Virus record (IMG/VR): IMGVR_UViG_3300010354_000003
Coordinates: 4,677-68,676 of that record
Strand: one strand, 5' to 3'
DNA length: 64,000 bases
Source of the DNA: a virus
Shown: positions 19,667-30,806 of the stretch, in pieces
How the letters are laid out: every line of letters begins with the position of its first letter
How positions within the stretch are numbered: the stretch's first letter is position 1
Translations under genes and position numbers: made by a program
The notes under the pieces: model-generated
Told to the model about the DNA's origin: nothing
What the model saw: the letters and a program-made list of their open reading frames with translations, nothing else
Database searches by the model: none

Positions 19667-21286
19667 TTAGTAAAGCCTCTTTGCGAAGAATCCTAGTTGG
19701 CTTCGCAGTGTTTCGATTTGTTGATCTTTGAATACTCGCTCCCTGCTATTAACTGGGAACTTGTTGCGTTCTTTCCTAAGATCATCAATCGCCTTTTTCA
19801 ATACATCGTGCTGTTCTTTCGCTTTGGTTGCAATCTCGTCATACTGCTCGCGAGCTTCTTTGGATATTAACCGACGCCTAAATAATGCGCGTTCTTGCTC
19901 GTTCAAGTCAACAGCCGATGTGTAAGCATTTTGAACATCTTCGTCGAGAGATGGAAGAATAACTCCTTGCGTGTATTCTTGAATTACCCGCTGATTGTAT
20001 TGCTCTGGAGTTTCGTCTGGCAGGCGTTCAACTTTAGGAATTTCTGAAATACCAGGCAATACATCTTCATCCGTCCGTTGGGTGGACGTCATCGGAATTT
20101 GAGTAAATGGTTCTGGTTGCGGGAATGTTGTTGGTTTTGGCTCTGGTGGCGGAACTGGAATTTCGCGTGGTTGCTGTTTTGGCGCTCCCTTTTCTGGAAT
20201 CCTTGTGGTTCTTTCTGGTTCTGTTCTTCGGAATGGCTCTGGTTTTTCTGCAATAAACCCAGTCCAATTGCGCACGGGAATTTGTGGTGTCTTTTCAGTA
20301 AATCCAGTAGCGGTAAAATCAACAGTTGCCTCTGGATTTGCAGAATTCTGTTTTGCTGTGACGGCTCTCCTTTCAGCGGCCCGCCTTTCAAGCTCTGTCT
20401 TTAATTTTGTATCCGCTTGTTCTTCAAAAAACTTCCTTCTAGCCGTTACATTAGAAATGTTCCCGCCAGCTTTTTTATTTTCCTTTTCAGCATTTTTTTC
20501 AAAAAGAGCGGCAGATTGGAAGTCTTTGTTTTTTCTGGCCTCACGCGCAGCCCTCTTAAAATCCCTATAAGCGTTTACTGTTGCTTTTTCTTCTTGCTGT
20601 GCGCTTTCTCTGGCGGCTCGACCTAGTCGGAAATCAACCATTCTTTCAGCATTAAACTCAGCCTCTTCTGCGCGAGTTTTCGGAGCGACAAGTCCTCGGC
20701 TGGCAAGCTCATCGTCGTATCGCTTTTGCGCAGCGTCATACCACCTCCGATACATTCCCTCTTGTGCTGTGTCTACCTTGGCTTGTTGTGCGGCCTGTTG
20801 CGCGGCCTTCTTTTCTTGAGTCTTGGCCTCAAATTCACGCATTTGCCTAAGCGTATCGCTACCGAACTTTACGCGCCCGCCGCTTGGAAGCTCCAGTTCC
20901 GTGCGGGTAACATCTTTTTCCAAAGGTGAGGGTAGTGTCACCGCAGCCCTGCGGTTAGCTTCGGCGCGTCCAGCCAATGCTTCTCGTGCGGCTTGGGATT
21001 CCTCCTCTGCTGTTCTTGCGCGGGGGCGAAGCATTTCAGCCCCGCCTTTTGCTTCAAACCTACGCTGCGCCTCCGTCTCGATAAACTCCCCGAGATTCTT
21101 CGCGCTCCTTGCTTCGGGCGATCCTTCCTCGACAAACTTGTATCCTTGATACGCCTTGGTAAACGACCCGACCTCTCCACGCGGAACGGCAACCGTCTGA
21201 CTGCGAGCAGCTTGTTTTTTCCTACGCTTTTCTTCTTCAGTCCTGCGTTTTGCTTCTCTTGTGATTTGGTCGTCTTTTAAAGCCAT
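19667..21286 (-). CDS. Putative internal virion protein
   Basis: 539 aa coiled coil with a Pro-rich linker; AAGGAG upstream. Confidence 0.55.
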   Translation of the reverse strand: MALKDDQITREAKRRTEEEKRRKKQAARSQTVAVPRGEVGSFTKAYQGYKFVEEGSPEARSAKNLGEFIETEAQRRFEAKGGAEMLRPRARTAEEESQAAREALAGRAEANRRAAVTLPSPLEKDVTRTELELPSGGRVKFGSDTLRQMREFEAKTQEKKAAQQAAQQAKVDTAQEGMYRRWYDAAQKRYDDELASRGLVAPKTRAEEAEFNAERMVDFRLGRAARESAQQEEKATVNAYRDFKRAAREARKNKDFQSAALFEKNAEKENKKAGGNISNVTARRKFFEEQADTKLKTELERRAAERRAVTAKQNSANPEATVDFTATGFTEKTPQIPVRNWTGFIAEKPEPFRRTEPERTTRIPEKGAPKQQPREIPVPPPEPKPTTFPQPEPFTQIPMTSTQRTDEDVLPGISEIPKVERLPDETPEQYNQRVIQEYTQGVILPSLDEDVQNAYTSAVDLNEQERALFRRRLISKEAREQYDEIATKAKEQHDVLKKAIDDLRKERNKFPVNSRERVFKDQQIETLRSQLGFFAKRLY

Positions 21287-21403
21287 AGATTGCTTTACTC
21301 CTTATTGTTGCACAATAATTGCTTATTCTTAAAGAGACAAGATTTAATAAATAAAGTGTGCAGAAATGCTGATTGCGTTGATTGAAATTAGAATAAACAT
21401 CAT

Positions 21404-22831
21404 TTAGTTTATATCCGAATCGATCAAGTTGTAGCTCTGCGTTAATGTGCCGAGATTGTTGCTGATGTTGGCGTTGATGTCGCGGTTCATGCGGCATCCG
21501 GAGAGAGAAATTGTTACTGGACCGCTTGCTGTAATGCTATCTGTTGCACCATTCGCAATAAATGTGGAATCAAATAGTTTAGCGTTGCTTTCAACTTTTA
21601 ATGCGTGTGCTGGAGTTGGACCACCTGATACTGCCACAAATCTACACCGGATCATTGTTCCTGTAAATATTCCGTTATATGCAGTTCCAGATCCAATCCA
21701 ACTGCAATCTGTAAGCGTCCCACTTGCTGTTCCGCCAAAACCTGCTCCAAATGAATAACCGCTGCCGCTGCATCTTAAAAATGTTCCGTCTGCAATTGAA
21801 AATCCGGTTCCTAATGCAGAGCAGTCTGTGAATGTTCCGGATGCCGTTCCTCCAAATGATGAGTTTCCACCAGTGCATCGAGTGAACGTTCCGCTGGCTA
21901 TTCCTCGACCAAACGAGGAAGCCCCGCCAGTGCAATCCTCAAACAATCCAGATGCTAATGCTCCAGACACTCCATTGCCAGCAAATGCACCTCCAAACGA
22001 TTCAGCCCCTCCAACACATCTGCGGTAAGTTCCAGCATACTCTACTGCTCCGCGCATCCCTGAATCAGTTGTCCCGCTGAAGCGACAGTTCTCGATATAA
22101 GTATCGTCGAATCGTTCTGTTGCTGTGCCGATCAGCCCAGACGAGTTGACTGTAGATGGAAATGTAAACGAATTATTATCAATTCTTGTTATTGTATACG
22201 CTCCGTCGAAGTTGGTGTTGCCAGACCCTGTAATGCGAACAGAGTCGCCGTCTTGCAACCCGTGTCCGTTGGATGTGACTGTTGCCGTGGTTCCGTTGGA
22301 TGTCCACGATTGGATTACTGTAGATGCGCGGTTCGGGAAGTATGCCGCAGTTCTTCCAGCCCCAGTACCAGCGGGCGCACCAGTGCGGTCTATGCTGACG
22401 TTGCGGATAGTCACGTTGTTTGCGGTCTGCACGATTGTCCCGCTATCGGAGACAATAACTTGGCTCGTGATGAAGACGTGGCGCGGCTCTTCGGAGAGTC
22501 CTACCAAATCTACGAACTCCGTGTCCATGGTTAGCGGTGTTGTTGCCAGGTCGTAAGTGCCAGGAAGCAAAAGCAATACCGCTCTGTTTGTAGCGGACAA
22601 TGGGAGCGAGTTTGGTGTAAATAGCTTTGCCGCAGCATAGGCGTTCCTTAAAGCCGTTCCATTTCCCGTCGCGGATGCTGATGTTGAAACAATAATATAG
22701 TTCGATGTTGACGCAATTACATCGCCAGTCGCCGTCATTGCGTCCCAAGCAATCCCGTTCCACTTCCAAGTCTTGCCAACCGCTGAAAATTCTTGGTTTA
22801 ATGCTGGTGAATTTGGAAAATCTATTGGCAT
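21404..22831 (-). CDS. Tail fibre/spike-like beta-solenoid protein
   Basis: IDFPNSP...WKWNG N-terminal module; SGTFTxCTGGxxSFG repeats. Confidence 0.65.
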   Translation of the reverse strand: MPIDFPNSPALNQEFSAVGKTWKWNGIAWDAMTATGDVIASTSNYIIVSTSASATGNGTALRNAYAAAKLFTPNSLPLSATNRAVLLLLPGTYDLATTPLTMDTEFVDLVGLSEEPRHVFITSQVIVSDSGTIVQTANNVTIRNVSIDRTGAPAGTGAGRTAAYFPNRASTVIQSWTSNGTTATVTSNGHGLQDGDSVRITGSGNTNFDGAYTITRIDNNSFTFPSTVNSSGLIGTATERFDDTYIENCRFSGTTDSGMRGAVEYAGTYRRCVGGAESFGGAFAGNGVSGALASGLFEDCTGGASSFGRGIASGTFTRCTGGNSSFGGTASGTFTDCSALGTGFSIADGTFLRCSGSGYSFGAGFGGTASGTLTDCSWIGSGTAYNGIFTGTMIRCRFVAVSGGPTPAHALKVESNAKLFDSTFIANGATDSITASGPVTISLSGCRMNRDINANISNNLGTLTQSYNLIDSDIN

Positions 22832-22835
22832 AGCA

Positions 22836-25331
22836 TTATTTATTCTTAATTTCGTTTAGTTCTTGTTTAACAATAGTAAGTTCAGTGGACAGTTCTTGGA
22901 CGGCCTTGATCAATGGGGCAATAAGCTCGTCATATCCAATTGACATTACATCTTGTCCTCCGCAAATGGAATGGTCTTGCAATCCACCGAAGTCGATTCC
23001 CTTTGCTTCTAAAATAGACTTAACTTCTTGCGCTATTAATCCATGATGAAATCTATTACGCTTCTTGCTTCCGTCTGCTGTAATATTGGAAATATCGTGA
23101 TTTTCCTCTGTCTTGTAGTCCTCGCGCAAGTCCCATTTAAAATCAACAGGTCTAAGTGCATTGATGAAATCTAGTCCAAGCTCTGTGTCTTTTACATCTT
23201 TTTTGTCCCTAACATCTGATCTGTTTTGAACTGTTCCATAAACATAAGTTGTTGTTGTACTTGAACCAAGCTGAACTTGATTTGATGCAGTAACAGAGGT
23301 GTTGGCTCCGAGTGCAGAACAGTTTGAATAAGTGCTGTTGTTGTTGAGCGCGTTATATCCTATCGCTGTATTTGAATCACCGCCAACTGTTTGAAGCGAA
23401 TCTCTTCCTACTCCAGTATTAAACGAATTATTATTGAAAATTAAAGACGACAATCCAATTGCCGTGTTTCCAGCCCCAGTTAAATTATCCCTTAGTGAAT
23501 TATATCCAACTGCAACATTTCCTGATCCACTTGTGTTGCTTCTTAGCGATGTACTTCCAACTGATACATTAGTATTTCCAGCCAAGTTAGAAGAAAGTGA
23601 CAGATAACCAACTGAAGTGTTGTCATTTCCAGTATTGCTTGATCCAATTGCTGTAGCACCAATTGCTGTATTACGAGTTTGGTTTCCACCACCCCTGCCA
23701 ATCGTTATTCCATTTACAGTAATATCTGAAGTAATATTAGATACTGTTCCAGTAGCACCTTGAACTCCAGTTGCTCCTTGCGGGCCTGTTGATCCCTGCG
23801 GGCCTGTAGCACCAGTTTGTCCAACAAAGGCACTTGATACCTCAACCCAAGCATTATCATAATACTGATAATAACGCATTGTTGCTGTATTAACCCAATT
23901 AAGGCCATTTATCGGAGTTGGGGCTGTATCAGAAAAAATTGTTCCAATTCCAGTAGCTCCAGTTGCACCCGTGGAACCTGTTGCCCCAGTATTTCCAACA
24001 ACACCAGTAGCTCCCGTTGTTCCAGTAGCTCCAGTAGCTCCAGTAGCTCCAGTTGTTCCAGTAATTCCTTGTTGAGTTAGTATAAATAAAAGCTCGCTGT
24101 TGTTTGCAAAATTTGAGCTTCCACTTCCAGCACTGCTAACCAATGTAACTGGGAGTTGAATATAACTATTCGGAACATTGATTGGCGCTCCAGAAACTAC
24201 CCATCTCTGGAAATCATTTGAGCTTGATTTTGATTGAATTACAAATTGGTTTGTTGCACCCAATAGGTTTAAAAACATATCTATATCTTCTGAGTTTGCA
24301 GTTGTATGTGATATAGATATTTGAGTTGAGCTTGTTTGCGTGGCGTTATTCCAGTACAATGTCCCTAAAGTTGGTGTTCCAGATGTCTTTGTGGTATCCG
24401 CATTATATCTGTAGAAAGCATTTGTATAACCCTGTGCGCCAGTAGCTCCAGTAGCTCCAATTTGCCCCGTGGTTCCAGTTGCTCCTTGTGGACCCGTTGC
24501 GCCCGTTGCTCCTTGCGCGGCTGCTGCGCCTGGAATACCAGTAGCGCCAGTCAGTCCAGTAGCTCCAGTCAGCCCAGTAGAACCCATTGGTCCCGTAGCT
24601 CCATTGGTTCCAGCCGGACCCCGAATAGTTCCAATATTAGACCAAGATATTCCATTCCAAGAATATCCAGTTCCGTTTTCATTTGTAACAATATAAATAT
24701 CGCCAATTTGGGAATTACCTGGAAGATTAACAAAACTGGGAACACTGCCAAGAACCCTTACACTTGAACCGGTTGCTCCAACCAATCCTGGAAATCCAGT
24801 CGCACCAACTGGGCCGGCAACTCCAGTTGCCCCAGTCAGCCCAGTCGCGCCAGTTGCCCCAACACCAGTTGCTCCAGTAGAGCCTTGTGATCCGGTTGCT
24901 CCAGTGGTTCCGGTTGCTCCAGTTGCCCCGTGCGCCCCGACAGCGTAAAGAGACGATACAGTAATATCATCAATCATTACAAATTCCCTAACACCAGAAT
25001 TCTGTCCAATTGGAATATCAGAAACTTGGAACTTCCCAGAAAGAACCATTTGCTTGATTCCGTCCTTGGTTCTATTCAGATACCACTTCTTGTTGGAAAT
25101 AACTCCAATCTGGTTTGTTTGTGTATCGCTAAGTGTAAGGTTTACAAGATTGGTTCCGCTAATACTTGTCGTAATCGGAAATACAATTTGTGAAGGATAT
25201 TCTTGTAAAACAATACCAGCATCAAATGTGTAAGTTGACACTCCATTCGCGAAGTTTAGTGAAAGTGCAAAGTCAGTTCCAAGAACTGCCTCAATATCAA
25301 GTTCACCTGGTGTTTGTGAAAATACTGGCAT
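22836..25331 (-). CDS. Collagen-like tail fibre with C-terminal intramolecular chaperone (peptidase S74-like)
   Basis: (GAT)n triplets; NTAIG/NVAVG repeats; RSDVRDKKD...HGLIAQEV...[15 protein letters not shown]. Confidence 0.88.
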   Translation of the reverse strand: MPVFSQTPGELDIEAVLGTDFALSLNFANGVSTYTFDAGIVLQEYPSQIVFPITTSISGTNLVNLTLSDTQTNQIGVISNKKWYLNRTKDGIKQMVLSGKFQVSDIPIGQNSGVREFVMIDDITVSSLYAVGAHGATGATGTTGATGSQGSTGATGVGATGATGLTGATGVAGPVGATGFPGLVGATGSSVRVLGSVPSFVNLPGNSQIGDIYIVTNENGTGYSWNGISWSNIGTIRGPAGTNGATGPMGSTGLTGATGLTGATGIPGAAAAQGATGATGPQGATGTTGQIGATGATGAQGYTNAFYRYNADTTKTSGTPTLGTLYWNNATQTSSTQISISHTTANSEDIDMFLNLLGATNQFVIQSKSSSNDFQRWVVSGAPINVPNSYIQLPVTLVSSAGSGSSNFANNSELLFILTQQGITGTTGATGATGATGTTGATGVVGNTGATGSTGATGATGIGTIFSDTAPTPINGLNWVNTATMRYYQYYDNAWVEVSSAFVGQTGATGPQGSTGPQGATGVQGATGTVSNITSDITVNGITIGRGGGNQTRNTAIGATAIGSSNTGNDNTSVGYLSLSSNLAGNTNVSVGSTSLRSNTSGSGNVAVGYNSLRDNLTGAGNTAIGLSSLIFNNNSFNTGVGRDSLQTVGGDSNTAIGYNALNNNSTYSNCSALGANTSVTASNQVQLGSSTTTTYVYGTVQNRSDVRDKKDVKDTELGLDFINALRPVDFKWDLREDYKTEENHDISNITADGSKKRNRFHHGLIAQEVKSILEAKGIDFGGLQDHSICGGQDVMSIGYDELIAPLIKAVQELSTELTIVKQELNEIKNK

Positions 25332-25334
25332 AAG

Positions 25335-26309
25335 TTATCTCCCTGGCCAAAGATTGTTAAACTGCATTGAAACAGGATCAATGTTTAGTGTCCACCGCGA
25401 TCCGCCGCGAGTTTCCTTCGTCTCGCCGTTAAGAAGCTGCAATGCTTTCATAAAGAACATTTCAGACCTTTCCAAGTCCGCTTCGTCTTCATATCGCAAG
25501 CTGATTAACATATTTTTCAAGGCTCCAAGATTTGATACAACAACTTCATCTGTATCTTTGATGCAAGGAACATATCGAATCTTGCAAAGAACATCAAGAT
25601 AATCGATTGTCGGCTCGTTTGGAACGGAATACCTATGGTAGCTTGCTGTAGTTTCCGTATCTTGGTATTCACCAATCAATTCTTCTTGAGAGGGGTTTGC
25701 AGAATTTACAGCGTAAAGTTTAATGTTCCCACTCGTAATTGGTTTTTGGAACATCAACAACTGACCCTTAAAAACCTGCGATGGTGTAATGTCTGGATTT
25801 ACAAGCGTTACACCCATTGTTACATCGTTGTTATTTTCGTCCCTGCCCTTGATAACAATTTTGTTTCCTGAGTCGTCTGTATTTTCAATCTCGATCTTTA
25901 GCTTGTATGATTCGTATGTTGAATCTTTAAACGTGCAAAACCCGTCCCCAAGATCATCAATAAATGTTTCGTTGAATCCGTATCGGGGCCAGTATGTCGC
26001 GCTCCACAAATCTGTGATTGGAGTAAGATATGTAAACCATCCGTTGCGAATACGAATTGGTCCGCTCGCCTCGTCCTTTACCCATTTTGATGCAAGCGCG
26101 GAAATAAAATTGCGCGGCAATGTAATCAGACCATCTGGGGAAACAAAACGAACTGGAAATATCGTCCCATTCCACTTCCCGCTGTTTATCAACCTTTCTT
26201 GCGCAAGATTTAGATAGGATGTGAATCTATCTATATTCTCTTGCGAATTTAGGTTTGGGACAACAGCCGTATAAAGTTGATGCTTTGCTTCTCCGAGTGT
26301 TGTTTTCAT
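25335..26309 (-). CDS. Putative head-tail adaptor / tail tubular protein
   Basis: 324 aa; 'YLNLAQERL' N-terminal helix; tail module context. Confidence 0.5.
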   Translation of the reverse strand: MKTTLGEAKHQLYTAVVPNLNSQENIDRFTSYLNLAQERLINSGKWNGTIFPVRFVSPDGLITLPRNFISALASKWVKDEASGPIRIRNGWFTYLTPITDLWSATYWPRYGFNETFIDDLGDGFCTFKDSTYESYKLKIEIENTDDSGNKIVIKGRDENNNDVTMGVTLVNPDITPSQVFKGQLLMFQKPITSGNIKLYAVNSANPSQEELIGEYQDTETTASYHRYSVPNEPTIDYLDVLCKIRYVPCIKDTDEVVVSNLGALKNMLISLRYEDEADLERSEMFFMKALQLLNGETKETRGGSRWTLNIDPVSMQFNNLWPGR

Positions 26310-27526
26310 TTCCTATAACGCATCACCCAGCTATTTCCAATTTTCACGTATCCTTTGCTAATCATTTTTCTAGCGTATTCTTCATCGCGTTGCTTTTTTT
26401 CTTCCGCCATTCTTTTCCTTTGCATTTCAAACTGCATTTGCGATGCATTTGTGTATCCAAGTGCTTTGGCTTGTTGATCTGCGTTGAATTTTGATAATCC
26501 AGTTGCTTGCGACCCACGCAACCCCTGTAGACCATATTCTTGCTCCCCCCTCAATCCCTGTAGGCCGTATTCTTGCGATCCACGCAACCCCTGTAGGCCG
26601 TATTCTTGCGATCCACGCAACCCCTGTAGGCCGTATTCTTGCGATCCACGCAACCCCTGTAAACCGTATTCTTGCAATCCTCGCAGCCCCTGTAAACCGT
26701 ATTCTTGCGATCCACGCAATTGTTGGAGTTCGCGTTCTTGACCGCCACGAATTCCTAGGAGTTCACGTTCTTGCGCTCCTCGCAATCCTTGGAGGCTGTA
26801 TTCTTGCGATCCGCGTAACCCTTGTAGACCGTATTCTTGCGCTCCTCGCAAGAGTTGAAGATTGTGTTCTTGAAGCCCCTTATATTCCCCAGCAACCATT
26901 TCTCTTAAAAGAGCGGAATCTGCAAGTCTCTTACTAGCCAACTCAAGTGAAGCCATGTTTGGCATTCCGTCACTATCATCGAATCCAGTATTAGAACGAT
27001 CCATTATTTGATCGTAAGCTTTTTGAAGCAATGCAGAGCTTCGTTCACTTGCGGCCGATGTTTTTTTATCTTCAGCAACTCCATCTGCATTTTTATATGA
27101 CTCTTGCGGCGTTAAGGTGCTTGGTTGGGGATCATATTTTTCATTCCATGTTTTTTTAGGGCTAGCCATATTAGTTCCTATTTGGGATGTTGTTGTTCTT
27201 GTATATGATGGAAGCTCTCCTCGCGCAATACTTCCTCCAGTTCCACTGATTGGGGAATATCCCTTAGATCGATAAGATTGATTTATATCTCCATACGTTC
27301 TAGACAAATCTTCATTTGATCTAATGTCTCTAGCGGCCGATGTTTTTTTATCTTCAGCAACTCCCTCTGCATTTCTATATGACATTGGCATATTCATTGC
27401 AAGTTTGCCATCATTTGTGCTATACGATAAAAGCTTATTGCCTGTTTGTTGTTCCCACTCTTGTGGGGTTAAGTCGCCTGGTTTGGGGCCGTATAGTTCA
27501 TTCCATGTTTTTTTAGGGCTAGCCAT
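26306..27526 (-). CDS. Repeat-containing protein with duplicated N-terminus and 11-aa repeats
   Basis: MASPKKTWNE occurs twice; (GLQGLRGSQEY)n. Confidence 0.75.
   Translation of the reverse strand: MASPKKTWNELYGPKPGDLTPQEWEQQTGNKLLSYSTNDGKLAMNMPMSYRNAEGVAEDKKTSAARDIRSNEDLSRTYGDINQSYRSKGYSPISGTGGSIARGELPSYTRTTTSQIGTNMASPKKTWNEKYDPQPSTLTPQESYKNADGVAEDKKTSAASERSSALLQKAYDQIMDRSNTGFDDSDGMPNMASLELASKRLADSALLREMVAGEYKGLQEHNLQLLRGAQEYGLQGLRGSQEYSLQGLRGAQERELLGIRGGQERELQQLRGSQEYGLQGLRGLQEYGLQGLRGSQEYGLQGLRGSQEYGLQGLRGSQEYGLQGLRGEQEYGLQGLRGSQATGLSKFNADQQAKALGYTNASQMQFEMQRKRMAEEKKQRDEEYARKMISKGYVKIGNSWVMRYRK
26505..26850. repeat. 33-bp coding tandem repeat, about 10 copies
   Basis: Unit TATTCTTGCGATCCACGCAACCCCTGTAGGCCG repeated head-to-tail without spacers. 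Confidence 0.92.
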
Positions 27527-27584
27527 ATTAGTTCCTGTTTGTATGGATTAGTATTTTTTATAACTAGATTCTTCAAGAATAAAA

Positions 27585-27935
27585 TCATTCACATGCCTCT
27601 GTTGGAGTCCATCCAAGTTGATTGTTGAACAATTGTAACGAACCAGATGGTGCCTGTACAAAATTTATTCTGCCATTTTGAACAACAACAACATAATTTC
27701 CGCTTTGCGGTATTTGTAGCCAATTTATGTTTCCGCCTTGTGAATCAAAGATAGCTTGTCCAGAAGTTGGTGGTATTTTATACTCTCCTATTGCGTTTCC
27801 ATCGCCGCCACGTGGATATGAATATCTTCCAGCAATAGGAACCCCATATTGACCACTAATAAAATTTTGTTCTTTAACATCAAAATTTACACCAGATGCT
27901 GTTGAATAATTTTGTGGTTGAGATTGGGAATTCAT
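27585..27935 (-). CDS. Hypothetical structural protein
   Basis: 116 aa, beta-rich; ATGA overlap with the upstream gene. Confidence 0.65.
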   Translation of the reverse strand: MNSQSQPQNYSTASGVNFDVKEQNFISGQYGVPIAGRYSYPRGGDGNAIGEYKIPPTSGQAIFDSQGGNINWLQIPQSGNYVVVVQNGRINFVQAPSGSLQLFNNQLGWTPTEACE

Positions 27936-30001
27936 GTATAATCTCCAGTTATTTGTACAGTAATTGCTGTAACTTTAACAAATCCCCATTTATACAATTC
28001 AACATTTGCAGAATATAAATAATTGCCAGTTGGGAATGTCGCGGCTATTTCATTTTTCCCATTTATTTTAATTTTGGTTGGTTCTAAAGTCGTGGGTCTT
28101 ACGCCATGTGTTGGTTCTAATCCTTCCTCAAATTGTTCTCCAATAAATTCTTGTACAATATTTATTGTTCCATGTAGGGTATTTGGAATGTTTATAGATC
28201 GTGCATTAACATCCACATCAATTGATTCACCAGACCCAGAACCCGCGCCAAATCCATTAATTGTTACAGATTGTGATTTTGACTCATTTTTTGTGCTTGA
28301 CTTACCGCCAGAAATTACCACTAAATTTTCTGTTCTTGTTTGAAGATACGGCCAGCGAACATATGTTTTGCTCAAGTTAACCAAACCCTCTCCACTAGGA
28401 GGTGGGGGTGCATCTCTTTCACCAAACTGTTCAAAATTATTTAATATATCCAATATTTCGGCAGCTTCAATTCTTCCGTCTTTTCCTATTTCAATAAAAA
28501 ACACATGTTGATATCCAGAGACAGCCCCCTTGTATCCTTGTTCAACATTAAAATAGATATCACCGTTGATAGATGAGGAGCTTTTTGAGGAAGATGATAG
28601 GCTCTGATTGTAACTTCCAGTGGATGCTCCAAAATCAATATCGGAAGATTTACCTGCGCCAAAACTTCTTCCCCAATACACAGTTACGCCAAGTAATTTG
28701 TCTGGAAGTGAAACATCGACTTCGATTGGAATTTTATACCATTGGCTCAATAGTGCATCAGACACTTTTTCTTTGTCTATTTCTCTTTTTAAGCTCTTCC
28801 ATTGGTCAATTGGTTTATAATCAATATTCGATAAATCAGACCAATACGGTGGATTTAGGTATTCGCTTGGTGGAACAATTGTTTCTGTATAATAAATTCC
28901 AAGCCCCAATTGCTCATCATAGTTAACTCCAGCGTTTGTTGGCCAAGCCCCATCAATTTTTACAAGCTCTCTCTGCGACTTTGAGTCATCAAGTCGATCT
29001 ATTTGATCTTTAATTGTTTGAAGTCCAAGTGCAGTATTTGATGTTGGTTGTGTTGATGGAACAACAATTGATTTCTCTATTTTTGCATTAACAAGACCGA
29101 GGGGAGAATCTATAAGTGAATTTGACTCAAGTTTTGTTGGACCAGTTGCCCTAACTGTAACTTTTTTTGATTTGGTTTTTGATATTGGTGTAACGGATGA
29201 TTCAATAATTCCACTGCTACCAGTAAAGGTTAATTCATCCGGCGAAGTATTGGGTGAAACAATTGTGTCTTGCGTTGATGTCCTTCCCAAAAGACCAGAC
29301 CCAGTTTCTCCGCCAGTTAATGTGCTGTAGCTTTCTACTGTAGCCGTTGTCTTTGTTCCTTTGCTAACGTCTTCCTTTATGACTTGGCTTTGCGTTACGA
29401 GAAGACCGTCTGGGTCCGGCAATGTGTCTGGGGATACTTGTTGTGTATTGACAGTCTCCAAATCACCTCGATCCGTGTAACGCTTTGAAGAAATAACCGG
29501 ACCTGGCAGCGTTTCGTATGTGCGTATAACCTTAACGTATCTGGAGTCCAGTTCGTCTTCTTGCCGCTGCATTTCCTCCTCAACGAGCAAGGCATTTGGG
29601 AATAGCGGGTCTGGCGACAAATCTGGAACTGGAGCGTATGTCTCGCGGAGTTCTACATAGGTGCGGATGTAAATTGGGTGTGCGTCAGAGCCTCCGCTGT
29701 ATTTGATCGCGTAGTTGTAAGTGTCTTGATCTACGCGATCGTTCGCCCAGATGCGCTTGACCCACTGCCCGTCCTCGCTGTTCGGGGATTGGTTGATCAG
29801 CTTGTGGTCTGGGAAGCTGCCTTGAACCGAAGCGTGTGGAACGTCGTCCCACTTGGTGCCGTATTCTAGCGGCTGGTAGTCGCCCTTCCATGCGTTGACG
29901 ATTTCTACAATAACCGTATCCTTGATAACTGGCGTTGGGAAGGACGATACGCCCTTGCCTGGCGCTGGCTTCATCGCATTTGTCGTAGGAATCGGATTCA
30001 T
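27932..30001 (-). CDS. Putative tail protein
   Basis: 689 aa, Ser/Thr- and beta-rich; structural module context. Confidence 0.55.
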   Translation of the reverse strand: MNPIPTTNAMKPAPGKGVSSFPTPVIKDTVIVEIVNAWKGDYQPLEYGTKWDDVPHASVQGSFPDHKLINQSPNSEDGQWVKRIWANDRVDQDTYNYAIKYSGGSDAHPIYIRTYVELRETYAPVPDLSPDPLFPNALLVEEEMQRQEDELDSRYVKVIRTYETLPGPVISSKRYTDRGDLETVNTQQVSPDTLPDPDGLLVTQSQVIKEDVSKGTKTTATVESYSTLTGGETGSGLLGRTSTQDTIVSPNTSPDELTFTGSSGIIESSVTPISKTKSKKVTVRATGPTKLESNSLIDSPLGLVNAKIEKSIVVPSTQPTSNTALGLQTIKDQIDRLDDSKSQRELVKIDGAWPTNAGVNYDEQLGLGIYYTETIVPPSEYLNPPYWSDLSNIDYKPIDQWKSLKREIDKEKVSDALLSQWYKIPIEVDVSLPDKLLGVTVYWGRSFGAGKSSDIDFGASTGSYNQSLSSSSKSSSSINGDIYFNVEQGYKGAVSGYQHVFFIEIGKDGRIEAAEILDILNNFEQFGERDAPPPPSGEGLVNLSKTYVRWPYLQTRTENLVVISGGKSSTKNESKSQSVTINGFGAGSGSGESIDVDVNARSINIPNTLHGTINIVQEFIGEQFEEGLEPTHGVRPTTLEPTKIKINGKNEIAATFPTGNYLYSANVELYKWGFVKVTAITVQITGDYT

Positions 30002-30028
30002 TGCGTTACTATATTGTTTAACAAGAGT

Positions 30029-30268
30029 CTATTCAATGTAATTTCTAGCTGAGTCGCAGCAGCCGCTAATTCTCGCTCGGTTGCTTGGGTGTGTGCGCTC
30101 CGCTTTAGCAAAGAGTTCTTTTGCGTATTCTTCATTGTTCTGATTTTTGTTAACGCATTCAAGGCAGTTTCCAATGTATGGATGCCCCCCATACATTCCT
30201 ATTTTGCAAATGAATAAGTTTACTGAATCTGTTTTTACTTGATGACTACAATTGATTTCCATCCTCAT
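30029..30268 (-). CDS. Small Cys-rich protein
   Basis: C...CKIG..GG.P..GNCLEC...SGCCDSA; overlaps the upstream gene's stop. Confidence 0.6.
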   Translation of the reverse strand: MRMEINCSHQVKTDSVNLFICKIGMYGGHPYIGNCLECVNKNQNNEEYAKELFAKAERTHPSNRARISGCCDSARNYIE

Positions 30269-30804
30269 ACATCTTCTAAATAAAATTGAATGTTTTCAAA
30301 ACCGGCATCTTGCAGTTCTGCAATTCCAGTAAAACTAAATCCCATTGTTATTTTACTTGTTGGATTTACAATTATTGCAGTCGCAGTTCCTGTTTGAGTG
30401 TTTGGGTTTGATCCTCCACAATTTGCAGAATCTTCAAGTGAATATCTTATTGTTTTTCCGCCATTGCTTATTGTCCAAGGGTCGCCAAATGTTCCCCCAT
30501 AAGTTGTTGTCCATGACACATTCATATCTGGATCAAATGTGTAATTTGCTTGATAAAAAGAATTAACGTGATACAGCGAGTCTCCTGACGTGAAATTTAT
30601 TCTAAGCCTATATTGTTTATTTCTTAAAAGAAAATATGGTGGATTTATAAAATATGTCTGAACAGCAGGCCCCATGTCGCATCCAAGATTTAAATCTTGA
30701 GATGTTGCCGATGCAAGTAAACCAAACGGTGTTGCACAGCACTCACAACTCACCTTCCCGTCCTTCAAAACAACCTTTCCGTCTTGTAGCTTAACAGTCG
30801 CCAT
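30265..30804 (-). CDS. Hypothetical protein with N-terminal 'KDGKVSCECC' motif
   Basis: 179-aa ORF in the operon. Confidence 0.65.
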   Translation of the reverse strand: MATVKLQDGKVVLKDGKVSCECCATPFGLLASATSQDLNLGCDMGPAVQTYFINPPYFLLRNKQYRLRINFTSGDSLYHVNSFYQANYTFDPDMNVSWTTTYGGTFGDPWTISNGGKTIRYSLEDSANCGGSNPNTQTGTATAIIVNPTSKITMGFSFTGIAELQDAGFENIQFYLEDV

Positions 30805-30806
30805 AC

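Noticed and set aside
26505-26850. Possible CRISPR array (33-bp repeats)
   Set aside because: No unique spacers, the units are in-frame coding repeats, and no cas genes are present.
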